Shown here one piece after another: positions 1 to 13,680 of a stretch of 64,000 nucleotides of DNA (positions within the stretch are counted from its first letter, which is position 1; the number at the start of each line of letters is the position of its first letter). The stretch lies in the NCBI GenBank assembly GCA_000320545.1, contig ADNK01001131.1, positions 1 to 64,000 of the forward strand. Direction: 5' to 3'. This DNA is from Bigelowiella natans CCMP2755 (taxonomy: Eukaryota > Protista > Cercozoa). The translations under genes and the position numbers were made by a program. The notes beneath the pieces are model-generated. The model made no database searches. It had not been told where the DNA came from and was given only the letters and a program-made list of their open reading frames with translations.

Positions 1-1044
1 TTTTCCCCCCCCCCCCCCTCCCCCCTTATTATCTTTTAATAATCTGCGATGTCATCATCATTAGAGCTGAATTTTTCCTAAAGAACTACGAGAATGCAAA
101 GAGGTATTTTTGTCGTGTTGTTGTTGTTCAAAAAGCACAATGCAGCATATCACAAAGAAAGATGTGGTAGAAATATGACCGCTTTCTCACACTCCTCCGC
201 ACTACTTACTAATGCTTCTTCTTCTTCTTCTTTTCACTGCAATTATGCCTATTGTTGGTTAAGGCATCTTGTGCGTGCTCGTTCCAAGGTCGCCCCCTCT
301 CTATAACGCCTCCCCCCCCCCCTTCTCTCTATCTCTCTATCTCTCTCCCCCCCTTTCTCCTACTACTGTGTATATCCATCTTCGTATAATACACGCCGGT
401 ACGTTTAACTGCTCTTTGTTGTTGTTGTAGTAGTAGTAGTAGTAGTAGTTATTGTTATTGTTGTTGTTGTCCTCCTCCTCCTCCCACCTACCTTTCCTTA
501 TGCCTCCTCCTCACTCGCAAAGCAGGTAGCTTCGTCTGGTGGTGGTGATGAAACAGATGTTGAAAACGCAAGGGAGATTGACGTGTGGCTTGCACGAGCG
601 ATGTAAGGAGAAGTAGTGTATGTAGTAGTAGTAGAAGTGGTGGTACTGGTAGTGGTTGTAGTAGCAGTAAAAGTTTTTATAGTAGAAGAAGAAGAAGATG
701 ATGATGATGAAGGAGAACCAGAAAGTAGACAATCACCCAGCTCCCAAAAGTGGCCATTTCAGAGGAGCAAGTTAATATGATGTGTGTCAATTGTATAAGA
801 TGTAAGATGTAAGAGGAGGAGGAGGAGGAAGTTCCATATCTAGCTAATATTTGTGTAGAAATAGCACCACCCCCCCCCCTTCCCAGTTTTATCGTGATGA
901 TCCAAAAATTACCCATCACTTTCCTTTTAGGTTTGCTCAAAATCCCAGGGACGCAGCACCGCTCAAGATGTAATTTTGAGGATGATAATGATGAAGATGA
1001 TGATGCTGTGTGTTGTGAATGAATAAATTCCGACAATGGTTCCG

Positions 1045-1092
<48 letters not shown>

Positions 1093-1817
1093 CTCTTCCT
1101 GTGTACGGAATTGTGCAGTGTTAATAGGATGACAACAGTAGCAAACCATTTGTCCTCCTCCTCCTCCTCCTCCTCCTCCTCCTCCTCCTCACCCTTGGCA
1201 TTTCGTCAGAGCAGATCTTAGTTATTACAAATATAATCAAATTATTCGAAAACTATTGATACTGGTGTTATCTGGCATCACCATCCTCTTCCTCCCCCTC
1301 CTCCTCCTCCTCCTCATCATCATGTTAGATATGAAAGAGTATTGAAGGAGGATCCTAATCACGGCATGGCGATCGTTCAATACGCAAATGGTCAGTGTAT
1401 GAATGACTGACTCACTGACTGAACGAATCAAAAACAGAGAAACAAAGAGAGAGAAAGACAGCACAAATGTACCCACAACATGTTTACATTGATATAGCTA
1501 TTGGTTGTTTATTAGTAGTCTTATGATTGTTGTTTCTCTGATGATCTCCTGATTGTTCCTTGCTGTGTGTATATGTATCATTATTTCTAGTTGCGGTGGA
1601 AAGGGGAAGAGGAAAAGAGGCTATTCCACATGTCCTTCAAACGCTCATTCTATGCAGCAAATCGAAGAACGTGCGTATGCACATAGTTGCAGTAGTAGTA
1701 CTAGTTGCAGTAGTACCCCCTTCAAGAAGCACCCCTCCCTCCCCCCCCCTCCAGCTAAGTTTCACTATCACCCAATTCACCTTTCTCCCTGTCCTCTTTT
1801 TTATACTTCCAATTGTC

Positions 1818-1848
<31 letters not shown>

Positions 1849-2288
1849 GGCCATCGTGTTCCTTCACTCTCTTTTCCTCTTCTTGGCAACGAATGCAACC
1901 TCATCTCCTCTCTTCTTGGTAATGCACGCTACTTGCACTCGTAGATTGACAAAGAGCTCCTGTCAGATACGCAAAAGCTCTTTGCCAAAATAATGGCCAA
2001 GCCTGGAATGGTAGTATAGTAAGCGGATACCACCAAAATCACAAATTGTATTAGTCTGATAGAATCACGCACAATTGTGTTTGCTGCAGGTTGTTTTTGC
2101 CTGCATTGTAAACATATAGTTTACATCATAAATACTCTTCTATAACCCAATCTAAAGTTTAATGATGATGACGATGATGATAATGATGACATTTTCATGT
2201 GTCATCATGCCATTGCAGTACATCGTGCTCAGATACATAATTTGAACCTCTTCTTCCTGTGAGATAATAGCTATTAGTCATAACCACT

Positions 2289-2323
<35 letters not shown>

Positions 2324-2408
2324 AAAACAGGTTGAGAGCCTCATGGCTCAGATATCTCAGGCAGCTCAATCTCCACCAGCTTTGGGGTATTTATCAACAA
2401 CTACCCAA

Positions 2409-2444
<36 letters not shown>

Positions 2445-4784
2445 CCAACCTCACGAGTCAAAGCAGGTATTCATCATCATCAACATCATCATCATCATCA
2501 TCATATAGATTATCATCATTATTGTGCCATGATGTAATAATAGGTATCTTGCAAATGTGTGCAAGGAGAACGGCGTCTTAGATGCGTAATATACAAGAAA
2601 TTATTTAGTAGCAATAACAAATTGTCTTGAAAAGAAGCAGCTCATCGTCTCAAAAGACAATTTTGAAATAAAAGGCTCATCATCATGAAATGAAATGCAC
2701 AGATGCATAGATTCCCGTCCTTTGAGATCATCCAATATCTAGCAAACATCGATGATGATGATGATGATGATGACAATGATGATGATGCTGCTGTAGCGCA
2801 CTCATTGACTCTCTCTCACTGAGCCATATGAGAAGCAGTAGTCAAGATTGTAGTATTACCGAACGTACTACCATCATCACTCTCGTGTTTATAATTGCAA
2901 TTTGTGACGATAACGACGACGATATCATCATCATTGCACAACAGTACGTGTTTGTTGGGAGGTCTTAATATTACAATAGTAGTATATGTTGTGTTCCATC
3001 CTCCTGCTCCTCCTCCCTATCGACGAAGTATTACCATGATGTAAAAGCCTTTTTCTGATGATGATGATGATCATGATCAAAGGTGCCGCGATTTGTTAAG
3101 AAGATCGCTCAAAATTAGCTCGATTGAGGTAATAAGCCTGGGAATTTGATACCTTTTTTTAGAACCTTTCAAGTAGTAGTCTGCTGCTATGTATGTGTGT
3201 ATGATGAAGCTCTCTTTCTCTCTCTCTGTTGTATCTATCACTCTTCTTTGTGGGGTATCGTTATTATCTACTACCACCCTGTATGGAAGAATACCATTAA
3301 TAATAATGACAATAATAGGAGGGAAGCTTACTCAATCTCAGTCTCGGGTATGATGTTTGCACATGCGTGTTTCTTGATGATGACGATGACGACAACGATG
3401 ATGATGATGAGGATGAGGATGAGGATGGTGATGATGCAGTACCCAACACATACACACATACACACATACACACACGCACGCACATGATGAACAATGACTG
3501 CATAGGTACATGCACGTGTTGGAGCTGACTCTGGATTACCAAAAAGTTTTTGAATGGTTCATCAAAATACTAAAACAGGTCAGCAAAGCAAGAGATCACT
3601 GAATGAATGCTTCTTCATCATTATCATCATCATCATCTTCTTCTTCTTCTTCTCCACTTATCATAAATTGTGCCGTGATATTATTTCTCTCGTGTGCATG
3701 CAATAAGCAGGTACCAGATATGAAAGTAGGACATGTTTCCAATAGAAATTTGTTGGACATTCTTGGACAAATTACCGATGTTAAGGATCCAAGGCTACTG
3801 AGAGGTGATGATAACGACAACACTCAGAAGAAGAAGAAGAAGAAGAAGAACATTCTTCCACTACAAAATTAATAATATTGCGAACAATAAGTACAATATC
3901 GTCGTTGAGATATAATTCCGTCTTCTCCTCTCAGCCCCCCCTCCCCGCCCCCTCTTACAAACTTGCTCTTTCTTTCTCTCACTCTTCTCCTCGTTCATGT
4001 TCCTCTAATTATGGCGATGATGATAAGAATGATGATGAGAATGATGATGATGATGATGATGTGTACAAGGCACGTACGACAAGTGTCCAAAATGGGTCAA
4101 GATCGGAAGTCTCTGTGACGAGGGTAAACTACCTATCTCCTCTCTTGTGCTTGCTGATGCAGCAATTTTGATAATATACCGTCATCGTCAATCACCATCA
4201 TCATTTTATCCGTAGGTGAATGTCAGGTGATACTTGAAGCATATTCCGTACATATAGAGAAATACAGAGTCAAGTTTATTGCATGTATCCAATGAAAGAG
4301 TCTCGCAACAATATACAGGGAGAGGGGAGGCGAAGGGGGGAGAGGAGGAGGAGGAGGGGAAGGGGAATAAAGCAGAGTTAACCAATCGGCTTAAATGTCG
4401 TCTAATATAATAATATTACGAGTAGTAGAAGAAGTAGTAATCGTTCATGTTCATCATCATCACCATCATCATCATCATCCTACACTCTTTCTTCCTCCAG
4501 GTGTCAATCCCCCCTCTCGCCCAATCTACTATAGACAGTGAGAAGAAAGAGAGCCATCATGATGATGATACGGTAGTAAGTAGTAGTAGGCTAAAGCGAT
4601 ATCATCATTCTCCCATTGGCTGCTATTATAGTTGTATACAGAAATAGGAATATGCGGCACAAATATAGTAGTTGCAGCAGTCCATCATTCTTCCAGCACA
4701 TAGTACGGCTGTATCGATTTTCACAACTTTAAACAGCTAACAACCAAATTTGCGTTGTTATTCGTGTCTTACATACTGCTGCAG

Positions 4785-4822
<38 letters not shown>

Positions 4823-7317
4823 GTCGTCACCATCCCAGTCACCTCCATCAACATCTACGAAAACCACGTACAACGCTCTACAGCTTGACCTTCTCGGTAG
4901 TACCAGTAGTAGTTGCTGTATCTCGTAGCATTAAGAATCTTACAAGATCCAATCGTGATGATCTGCTGCTTAATGATGACGCTGAGAACCGCCCCCCCCC
5001 TCTCTTATTGAAGTGAATTTGTGACTATATAAATCTTCTTACTCGACGATAGGGATGTGGTTTGCTATGGTCAAGATACTGTATACTGCTGGCTGTGTGC
5101 AGCCTCTACCCAGCCTAATACATCTAATCGACTCATTGAGGTAGGTAAGAAGAAGAGTGTTCTCAGGACCAGAAAGAAGGGGGGTTAGAGAAAGAAAGAA
5201 AGAGAAGAAGATTATGATGATGATCAACGTAGTGGAAGGGGGGCAGCTGTGCTATACTGTACCTGTTCTATTGGTTTCTAGCAGCAGCAGCATGAGTACC
5301 TGAACATCGTACCAACAGCATGTTTCCTATCGATATCGATTCATGTTGCAGCTGTAGCAGATTCAACAACTTTTGCTAATGATACGCTGTTTGCATATAA
5401 TCGCCATTGTTTTCCTCCTCCCCCTTCTCTTTCCATCACCGCATTGTATCATCATCATCATCATCATCACCATCCTCATCCTCCTCCTCATCCTCAGAAA
5501 AGATCAGGACCTCCACATGACCTCGATTCGAAATGAGCATGCCTATTATTGCACAGTATCACAGGTGATGATGGATGGGTAGCAGTACGGCGTGATGAGT
5601 AGTAGTAGTTGTAGTAGTAGTAGTACAATTAATCTTCATCATCATAGGCATCATGATCATGATCATGATCATCATGATCATCATTACCATCGTTGTGCTC
5701 GTTGTTGTTTTCAATCTAAAATGATGAAGCACGTTTAATATCATCAGGTTCTTGGCCATTGGTCTGCTCCAGTAGTAGACTGGAAGGTGCTGGTGTAGTA
5801 GTAGTAGTAGTCAACAACAACAACAACAACAACATTCTTCTATTACTTCTGCCGTTTCGATATCTTTCTCTCTCTTTACTTCTATAATCTCCATTCATCA
5901 AAGTCCTTTGTACAGCACACATCATCACACATAATGTACCATGCAACTACAAATGGTAGCACTACTAGGTATAAGAGAGAAGTGCTGCTGAATAGTACAT
6001 TATGTCCCACCATCCTCTGTTTCTTTTGTTATTGCTCCTCTTTCATTTTGCACGTTGTTTGTTTTTTCTCCTCCACCCCCCCCCCTCTTTCACTACCACC
6101 ACCACCACCACCACCACCACCATCACCATCACCATCACCATCACCATCATCATCATCTTATCATGATCTCAGGAAGGAAAGGCAGATAAGATATACTTCG
6201 TTGCTGACAGCCATAGTGTTGCGCCAGGGTCGGTTGTGAGTAGTATCAGTAGTAGTAGTAGTAGTAGTAGTAGTAGCAGTAGAAGAACAAGAAGAACAAG
6301 ACCGAAATGATAACGTCATTACGGGAGGAGCACAGTATTAATACCACCTCCTTCCCCCCCTCCCTTTGGTCCTGCTTATTTGTGGGGAAATGAGCTATCT
6401 GTATACCTGCTTGCTGCTGGATTGCTGCTATTTGTATGCTGTTCATTGAGTGGTGTGATTTCCCATTCCTCCTTTGTGATGAAAGGTACCAGAAACTAAG
6501 CATAGAAGCTGCACCAGGCGACAGCAGCAAAGATTGCAACAACAACAACAACAACAGCAATTATACCAATAAGCGGACCTTTCACCTGGTTGTTGCTCGT
6601 AGACAATGATGATGATGATGATGATGATGACGGCGCAAAAGAATGATTGGCAAATATCACCCAGCAAACATCTGTGAGTTTATCCTAGACTCCTTACCGA
6701 GTCGTTGGTTTTATACATGCACTACGATATACACATATTACATTGTCAGAAGATATCAGATGTAGCAATCTCTCACTCTCCTCTCTCTTTGATTCTCTTT
6801 CTCTTTCTCTTCTTCTATATTATTAACTATAGGTTCCTAAGCTTGTTACAGGTTTGAAATGCTGGCATATGAGGTAAGTGGCGATCTATTCAACAACTTA
6901 TATTGATTGATGGTGCTACCGTACCATCCAATGATATAGATTTTAACGTGATTGCCTCTATTGCTGTTGCTGCTTCTCTCATGCGACGACAACCATAGGC
7001 CAGGATGTACGTTCTTCCCACGGAAAAACTTCGAAAATGCGATGGAAAGTAGTATAATCAAGGATACTATGATGACATATTTGTTGTTGGACCTCACCAT
7101 ATTCTTTGAACAAACAAACCATTCGCTATTTTTGAGGAGATATCATGCTGCTCGCCATTGGTCAAGTTAGCCGCAGTCGTTTCATGCCTCCTCCTCCTCC
7201 TCCTCCCCCTCCCATTTTTCTTTTGTTTGATGATGGCACAGGCATTGAGGATGGATCGATGGTGATCTTCAACTTTGGAGAAATCGATTGCCGTGAAGGT
7301 AGACATGATTGATGATA

Positions 7318-7350
<33 letters not shown>

Positions 7351-8147
7351 GTGATGGTTGTAGTGTCGATGATGGTAAGGTTTAACCATCTCAAGCAACC
7401 CATAATGATATATGCTGTTGCACAACCGAACCAACACAAAGTATGCAGTGCGATTACATAACGATATTCTTCCTAATACTACAGATATTAGTTAGATTCT
7501 CGTTGCTTTTTCTGGCGAAAATATAGTTTCACTGACGTTACTGTTGGTGTTAGGCATTCTCACAGCTGTTGCACAGAATAAATACCAGGATTTAGACCAG
7601 GTAGTAATAGTAGTCATAAAAAGAAGCAAAGGGATGTTAAAAGAGGGAGACAATAATTATGCATCAACACAGTATATACACCACACCGGTGCATCACAGC
7701 GGATAATATTTTGTGTGAAATAATTTCTGATTCAGGATCGATGATCAATCAACTAATATTTTATTACAGTTTTTCTTTCAGACTATACATTGTTCCTTAT
7801 CATGTCATTATCATCATCAATCACATAATAATCAGGGCATCGATGCTAGCGTGTCCATTTATGTGGAGATGCTGGAGGAGCAAACTTTGTCGAAGAATTT
7901 GATTACATTCGTACATCCCATTGTGCCAGTACTGGATCCAACACGACCTACAGTCAAGCGATTCAATCAGAGGCTTCGAAAGAAGATCAAGAGCTCCAAG
8001 TATCTCAAATATCTCGATTTTTTTGATGAGCTCCTTTCAAAGGATGGCCAAAATTTTAACGAAGCGTACGCTTTAGATGGCACGCACATGTCACCGAAGT
8101 ACCTACCGAAAATGGAGGAGTCCATCAATCGAGCGCTAGCTGAATGA
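1..8147 (+). CDS. Multi-exon gene, 5'-partial: N-terminal TPR-like helices plus C-terminal SGNH/GDSL-hydrolase-like domain
   Basis: Exons read by eye: YERVLKEDPNHGMAIVQYA (~1327), LHMTSIRNEHAYYCTVSQ (~5510), IYFVADSH (~6190-6214), VPKLVTGLKCWHMR (~6833), VIFNFGEIDCRE (~7262-7297), terminal exon FVHPIVPVLDPTR...LDGTHMSP ending TGA at 8147. ADSH, GEID and DGTH resemble SGNH blocks I, III and V. Confidence 0.7.
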
Positions 8148-8279
8148 TCTCGAATGTACTGATTGCCAAATGGCAGGCGAGCCTTCGTGAGGTAATGTTC
8201 ACAATGATGATGGTGAATGATGAAGATGACGTAGAATTGTTGGTATCAACGCAAGAATGACACTTTCTGTCCGATTACT

Positions 8280-8790
8280 GCTAGTCTGCTTGACTGGTCT
8301 AGCAACAATTACTAGATTAAAACATGAGCATGTGAGCTAGTGAGGCTGCCTACTGCGCTGACTATGCTAGCTACTAGCTAGCTAGCACATAGCATGTTGA
8401 CATGCTAGCATGCATCGCTAGATCGCATCTTGATCGAACAGCTCAACTCATTGAAACTGCCAAAGTAGAAAGCCAAAGCGCTAGAATGGCAAGCAGCATG
8501 TGCGTCATGTCACGCTATAGCGCGTACGCTAGCACTTTTAGATGTGCATTCGATAAGCTCTAGAGCTAGCTAGCTAGACAGACACCGTCTAGCGCCGTGC
8601 GGCGTCACACTGCACGTGCATGACGCACGATCGATGGCATCATTGTCTCCAATTCAGTCTTATATATACGATCATGCGCAGCTGACTAGCTGTAGGTCTA
8701 AGATTTGCTAGCTTGGTTGCTAGCAGCGACAATATGCTGTGCATCCATCGCGTCGCTAGGTCGGCAGCAGCACAAACTAAGTTGAGGCTC
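8280..8790. other. CTAG/TGCA-rich island with low non-CTAG TpA, downstream of a gene 3' end
   Basis: About 20 CTAG in ~480 bp by manual count; most remaining TA lie in CTA or TAG contexts. Confidence 0.75.
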
Positions 8791-9359
8791 CGCAACAAAT
8801 GCAGTTGTCCGCGTCTTAATTACAGTTACTACATGAACGTGGACGAAGCAGCTATGTTGTTACATTTGTTATTTGGTACTAGCTCGTTCTGCGCATGAGT
8901 TAAACACACTAAAGAAATCGAAAAACTCCTACGATGTGTCACTATATCGAAATTAATTGAATGTAATGTCTGTACAATGGAATAATGACGTGGTTTCGAT
9001 CCTTGTAATTCTTCGGTCATGCAGCTGGAGCTAGCATTCCTAGAGCTTTGACATCTTGGGACGACCTGCACCAGAAGAATAAATCCACATGGCAAACAAT
9101 CTAATTAATATTGAGAAGATATGGTATCTGAACCATAAATTGAAAATTTCTTCAGATCTATTATGATTATACAACCACCTTGAATGAATCATTGGGTTTG
9201 ATTCTGCTATGAGTGTTTCAGCTGTTAGAGTATCTGCCTGAAACTCAAAAACTTCCAGGCCAAGAGGCTGCCAGCTGCAAGAAAAGTGTAGGTTGTCAAA
9301 TGCACAGAGGTACCGTAGAAATGGAGAGAGTGAATGCATGTGAGAGAAAGTGAAAGAAA

Positions 9360-9407
<48 letters not shown>

Positions 9408-10087
9408 GGGGGGGGGGGGGGAGGGGAGACAACCAAAAGAAAAGAAAAGACATGGGAGGATAAAAAAAATCGCTCGTAAGTGAAATAGGGATTTAATTTC
9501 AAGATCACTCCATTACCGATCATGCTGAGCCATGACGACCAACAACATTACCTTCAGTTATTGATAATTTCATACACATGTGGTCAGATAAGAAAAACAT
9601 GCTATCAAGCCACACGAATAATATTTGATCAGGTTTTGTTTATTGATCTCGGGATAGTGATAGTGTTTGACTACTTTCACACCATTAGTTGGACTAGGAT
9701 GAAGGCGTTCACATTTTGGTCCTCGCAGAAATTAACATGGCTTGGATCAAACCTAATTCGCAGTTAAAATTAAGTCTCTCCTTTCTCAGTACAGTACAGT
9801 TTGCATTACCATTTCATGAGAAATAACAGAATTTCCATCTTCACAAAATTTGACTCCTGAAGTTCACAATGTTCCGTGATCTACCTATATAGAACAACCG
9901 TGAAACAACTACCCAAAATTCATGCTGTTTGCTATACCTGTAGCCATCTTCTAGCTTATTTTGTTTAAAGACGCGCCAGGAACAAGAGAATGATCGAGAC
10001 CTATGATCCAGTTCTTGTTTAATCACAATTCCGATGAGGTATTTGTAGCTTTCTTTCTTTTCCGTCATCATCGTCGTCGTCGTCATT

Positions 10088-10123
<36 letters not shown>

Positions 10124-10479
10124 TATCATGCCCTGTCATGAGGGACCACCTTGATTGAGGAGGAAGATATGTGTGAACGAATGAAGAAGGCACGTGTAGA
10201 TCTACGTAGATAGAAGTACGAGTAGTACCCCTTCTAGATCCACCTACTGCCACGAACAACCGCTACTACCTGCCACTACCTGATACTACATGATACTACC
10301 GTAATCATATGTTGTAGTTCGTGTGATCATTGTGAGAGTTTCCTCGGTAGATGGTGCATGCATGCTCCTGATAATTTCTTGTGTCGTAGATGCACAAACC
10401 CCGAGAAACCGCACTGCGTTTCGCACATTGCGTTTGCGACTAGCCAACAGAGAATCGGTGAACATTCTCGTGTTACGCG

Positions 10480-11900
10480 GTACATTACATGTACATATGT
10501 GCATATATGTGTACATATACATGCATGTATACACACATGTGTGTGTGTGTGAGTGTACATTGGCAGTATCTATGTGTGCGGACATGGGCAATAAGTTGGC
10601 GCACCGGATGATTGACACAGCAACATGGCATGCACACATGCATGCATGCACACACATGCACACATGCACATGTGTGCACACATGCACACTTTTTGTTTTG
10701 TGCACATGAAGGCATCAATGTCCGGTCGTCGATGTTGTGCTGTACGCGCAGCAGATCTTGCCTCTTTTTCTGCTTCAGTCAGCGCACGTAGCTTTGTCTC
10801 ATCGTTTCGATTCACAATGGCGTTCAATGCATTGCGAAATCTGACTGAGCTGAACAAGCGCTTGCATCACATTACTCTAAAACAACACCTAGCTAAATCT
10901 TTTCTATCTGCTATGTTCACGCATGTGTGCAGTCATCTTGTCAATGTAGCGATGCAAACTATGTAGCAAAGCTAGGCATGCACTAGATGCAGCGCGGCTG
11001 CGCATCGCAATGACATTGCGCTCATGGTGTTGTGCACAATCGCTTTGTTTCGACCTTCCGATCTGCTACGCTAGCTAGCTAGGCTCACATGCTCTTTGAG
11101 CTGCGATGCCTCAAGCAGACGGAAAGCAACTGGTCAATGTGCGATGTGCAATGATGGACACAGCAACTTGACATGATCGTCAATGCCAACTTCAATGTGC
11201 ATGCAGATGTGGACATGCTAGCATGCACACACATGCACGCATTGCATTGCTAGATTGCACTGAAGCACTGTTCGCCACACTATGTAACTAGCACACTATG
11301 GACACAGTACACACAATGTGTGCAATGTATGTCATGCCCAGAAGGGGGTGGGGCATCCGCAGGTCAATCTCATTGCATCGCATGCCACCAAACTTTAGAA
11401 CTAGCAAGCTAGCAAGTGCAAAATGAACGTTTGTCATGTGTCATCTTGAAACCACAAGGAAGTCATTTTGTTGCATTGTGCATCGTGTCGCGCGCTCATG
11501 TTGTCAGTCGCACATCAGCACGGCATCATCACAGCAGCCAGTCGCATGTCAGCACAGTAGTGCACTCATTCACCTCACAGCAGTCGCTTCTATGCTTCGA
11601 AATGACACCGCACATCGCTTCGTGATTGTGGGGTCGTTGGAATTGTCAAAAAACAAAATTTTGTGCACATGATGTTGTGTGTCATGCACGTGACACTTTG
11701 CATGCATGTGATCCCCCCCCCCCCCCCTGCAATGCCCTCCCAATAATAAAGTGCAAGCATAGTGCAACAATGCAACATGATGCAATGTGATGCTACAGTG
11801 GCATGATGCAGTGGCATCGCTTTGCGAGCAGGTGGGCATTGCCCACATCGCAGATGCCACCATTGGCGGTTATGATGATTTTGTCATCATTGCTGAGACA
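10480..11900. other. Large TpA-depleted island containing converted microsatellite fossils
   Basis: Alternating purine-pyrimidine runs built only of CA/TG steps (10629-10688); stretches >100 bp without any TA (about 11096-11215 and 11600-11740). Confidence 0.8.
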
Positions 11901-11936
<36 letters not shown>

Positions 11937-12049
11937 GATGAGGACTTCGTTAGCAAATTTCATCAAAGTCTACGACATAATTTTTCATTTTTAATTTTTT
12001 TTACCCCAATACTACAGCACATTTTTGCATCATATCGCTGACTGATGTA

Positions 12050-13480
12050 TTTCCTTCAATTTATTCTATTTTCTGTTCGCAATTCTAAAGGCATTACAGA
12101 TGTTATCTATGCCCCGCTACCATCCTGCTTGGGTTACTAATAAGCTTCACGCACGTTCATTAAACACATTTTCCAAAATTCTATCCGCTGACGGAACCAT
12201 ATTTGTCTTCCAAAGAAGTCAAATGCACAGATTCTGACGCGTATTGCGAAAAATCAGATTGCCACGCCAGGGTTATTACACTTTTGCTACAGCAGTGGCG
12301 TACACTGCATCCTTTCAGTAAGTACGGACACGAAGACCGAACAACTTCTTCCCATTCGGATGTCTGTCAAGGAAAAAAAACAGGCATAAAGAGGTTGCAG
12401 TTCAACGTAGAAATGTCACGAACATTATGCTTGTAATGGTTTCAAACACGTACGTTGTTCTTTGTTCTTTTTCTCTGCAGGGAAATGGCGGTAACAAGAT
12501 TTTGCTCAGTTCCTTTTCCAGATCCCCTCCTTCGTATGGTATGGGGACGATGGTGCTCCTTTGTCGAAAGATTCTCTTCTCTTGAAGTTCCACGTCAAAT
12601 TCTATATGGAGAGAAATTTAGTGGAACCCTTTGGACGCAGCATTATTTAGTTTCTTTCAAGAATTTTATTCATTTAAACTGTCATTATCATCCCACTGCC
12701 ATTCCCTTTCGGTCCGAGCTTCTATTCCATTTACTACCTAGTGCGCTCCCGTATTGCTTTAGAAACTTTCCCGCTTCGAATAGGTAGTGCTCCCCCACGT
12801 ATTCCAAGCAAAGCTTTTTTATAACACCGATAATGTTATCGTGGCCTACCGTTTCGAGGCCGAGAACTGTTTCGAGGAGCTTTTGAATTTGGATATCTTG
12901 CAGTTCGGATATGCGGAATTTTTTCTTTGGAGATAGAATTGAAGGAACCGCATTGTTTTGAGGAGAAGTCCTGCTTATTTTAATCTTATTGATATGACAT
13001 GCAACCCTGATCGCATTCACTTTCTCGCCAGCCTACAATTGTTAGCGAGGATGATTTACTAATGGAGAAAAATACTTTAAACTTAACATACACTACCTCT
13101 CCTCCAGAGATATGACACTTGCCTTGAAATACAGCTTTTGTACATCTACCAGTTACAGTTGCACTGGAACCTGAAGTCCACTCGAGCATCTTGTATGTCG
13201 TCTCAAGTGTAAAAATTCTCTTCCATAAATTGACAGTAAGCTGTACTTCGCCCCTAGTTTGCTCTCCAGGGTTTAATACGAAACCGTCAAATGCCATCCC
13301 GCGTTTCCACCTGCCCCGGTATTTAGGCTTCCCAACCTGATTATTCCCCATCACCAGCACTTCGACGGAAGTAAGAGGGTGGCGGTCTTTCAGATATTAT
13401 CTCCCTCACAAAAGCTTTGTCGCGAGATGCTCTTTGGGGAAGCCATTGTGTTCAAGATGCGACGGATGATAGCAATAAAA
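12050..13480 (-). pseudogene. Orphan coding-like fragments, possibly a disrupted gene
   Basis: Microsatellite-free, protein-like ORFs 12986-13360, 12688-13020 and 12402-12593 in different frames; no clean start and no recognisable family. Confidence 0.3.
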
Positions 13481-13680
13481 CATGAAAAAGGAGGCCTATT
13501 TCATACATATGTGAATATATTAGTCGACGATATTCGAACGACATTAATTATTTCGCGTCTTCTCTTGTAGATCTATAGAACTGGTGATTTTTCTCCTTTT
13601 TCTCTCTCTATTTTTCTCATCATTATTACCGATGGACAACAATTTGCCAACAACAACAGCAACAGCACCAGCGTTAAAGT

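Noticed and set aside
9040-10120. Minus-strand ORF ending in SKL (peroxisomal signal) and nearby exon-like pieces
   Set aside because: The ORF starts in an (AG)n repeat; plausible splicing changes the terminal frame; I could not assemble a coherent protein.
10480-11900. CpG methylation-deamination or classical RIP as the cause of TG/CA richness
   Set aside because: CpG remains plentiful, intermediates contain TA but not CG, and the fossils derive from TA-containing repeats.
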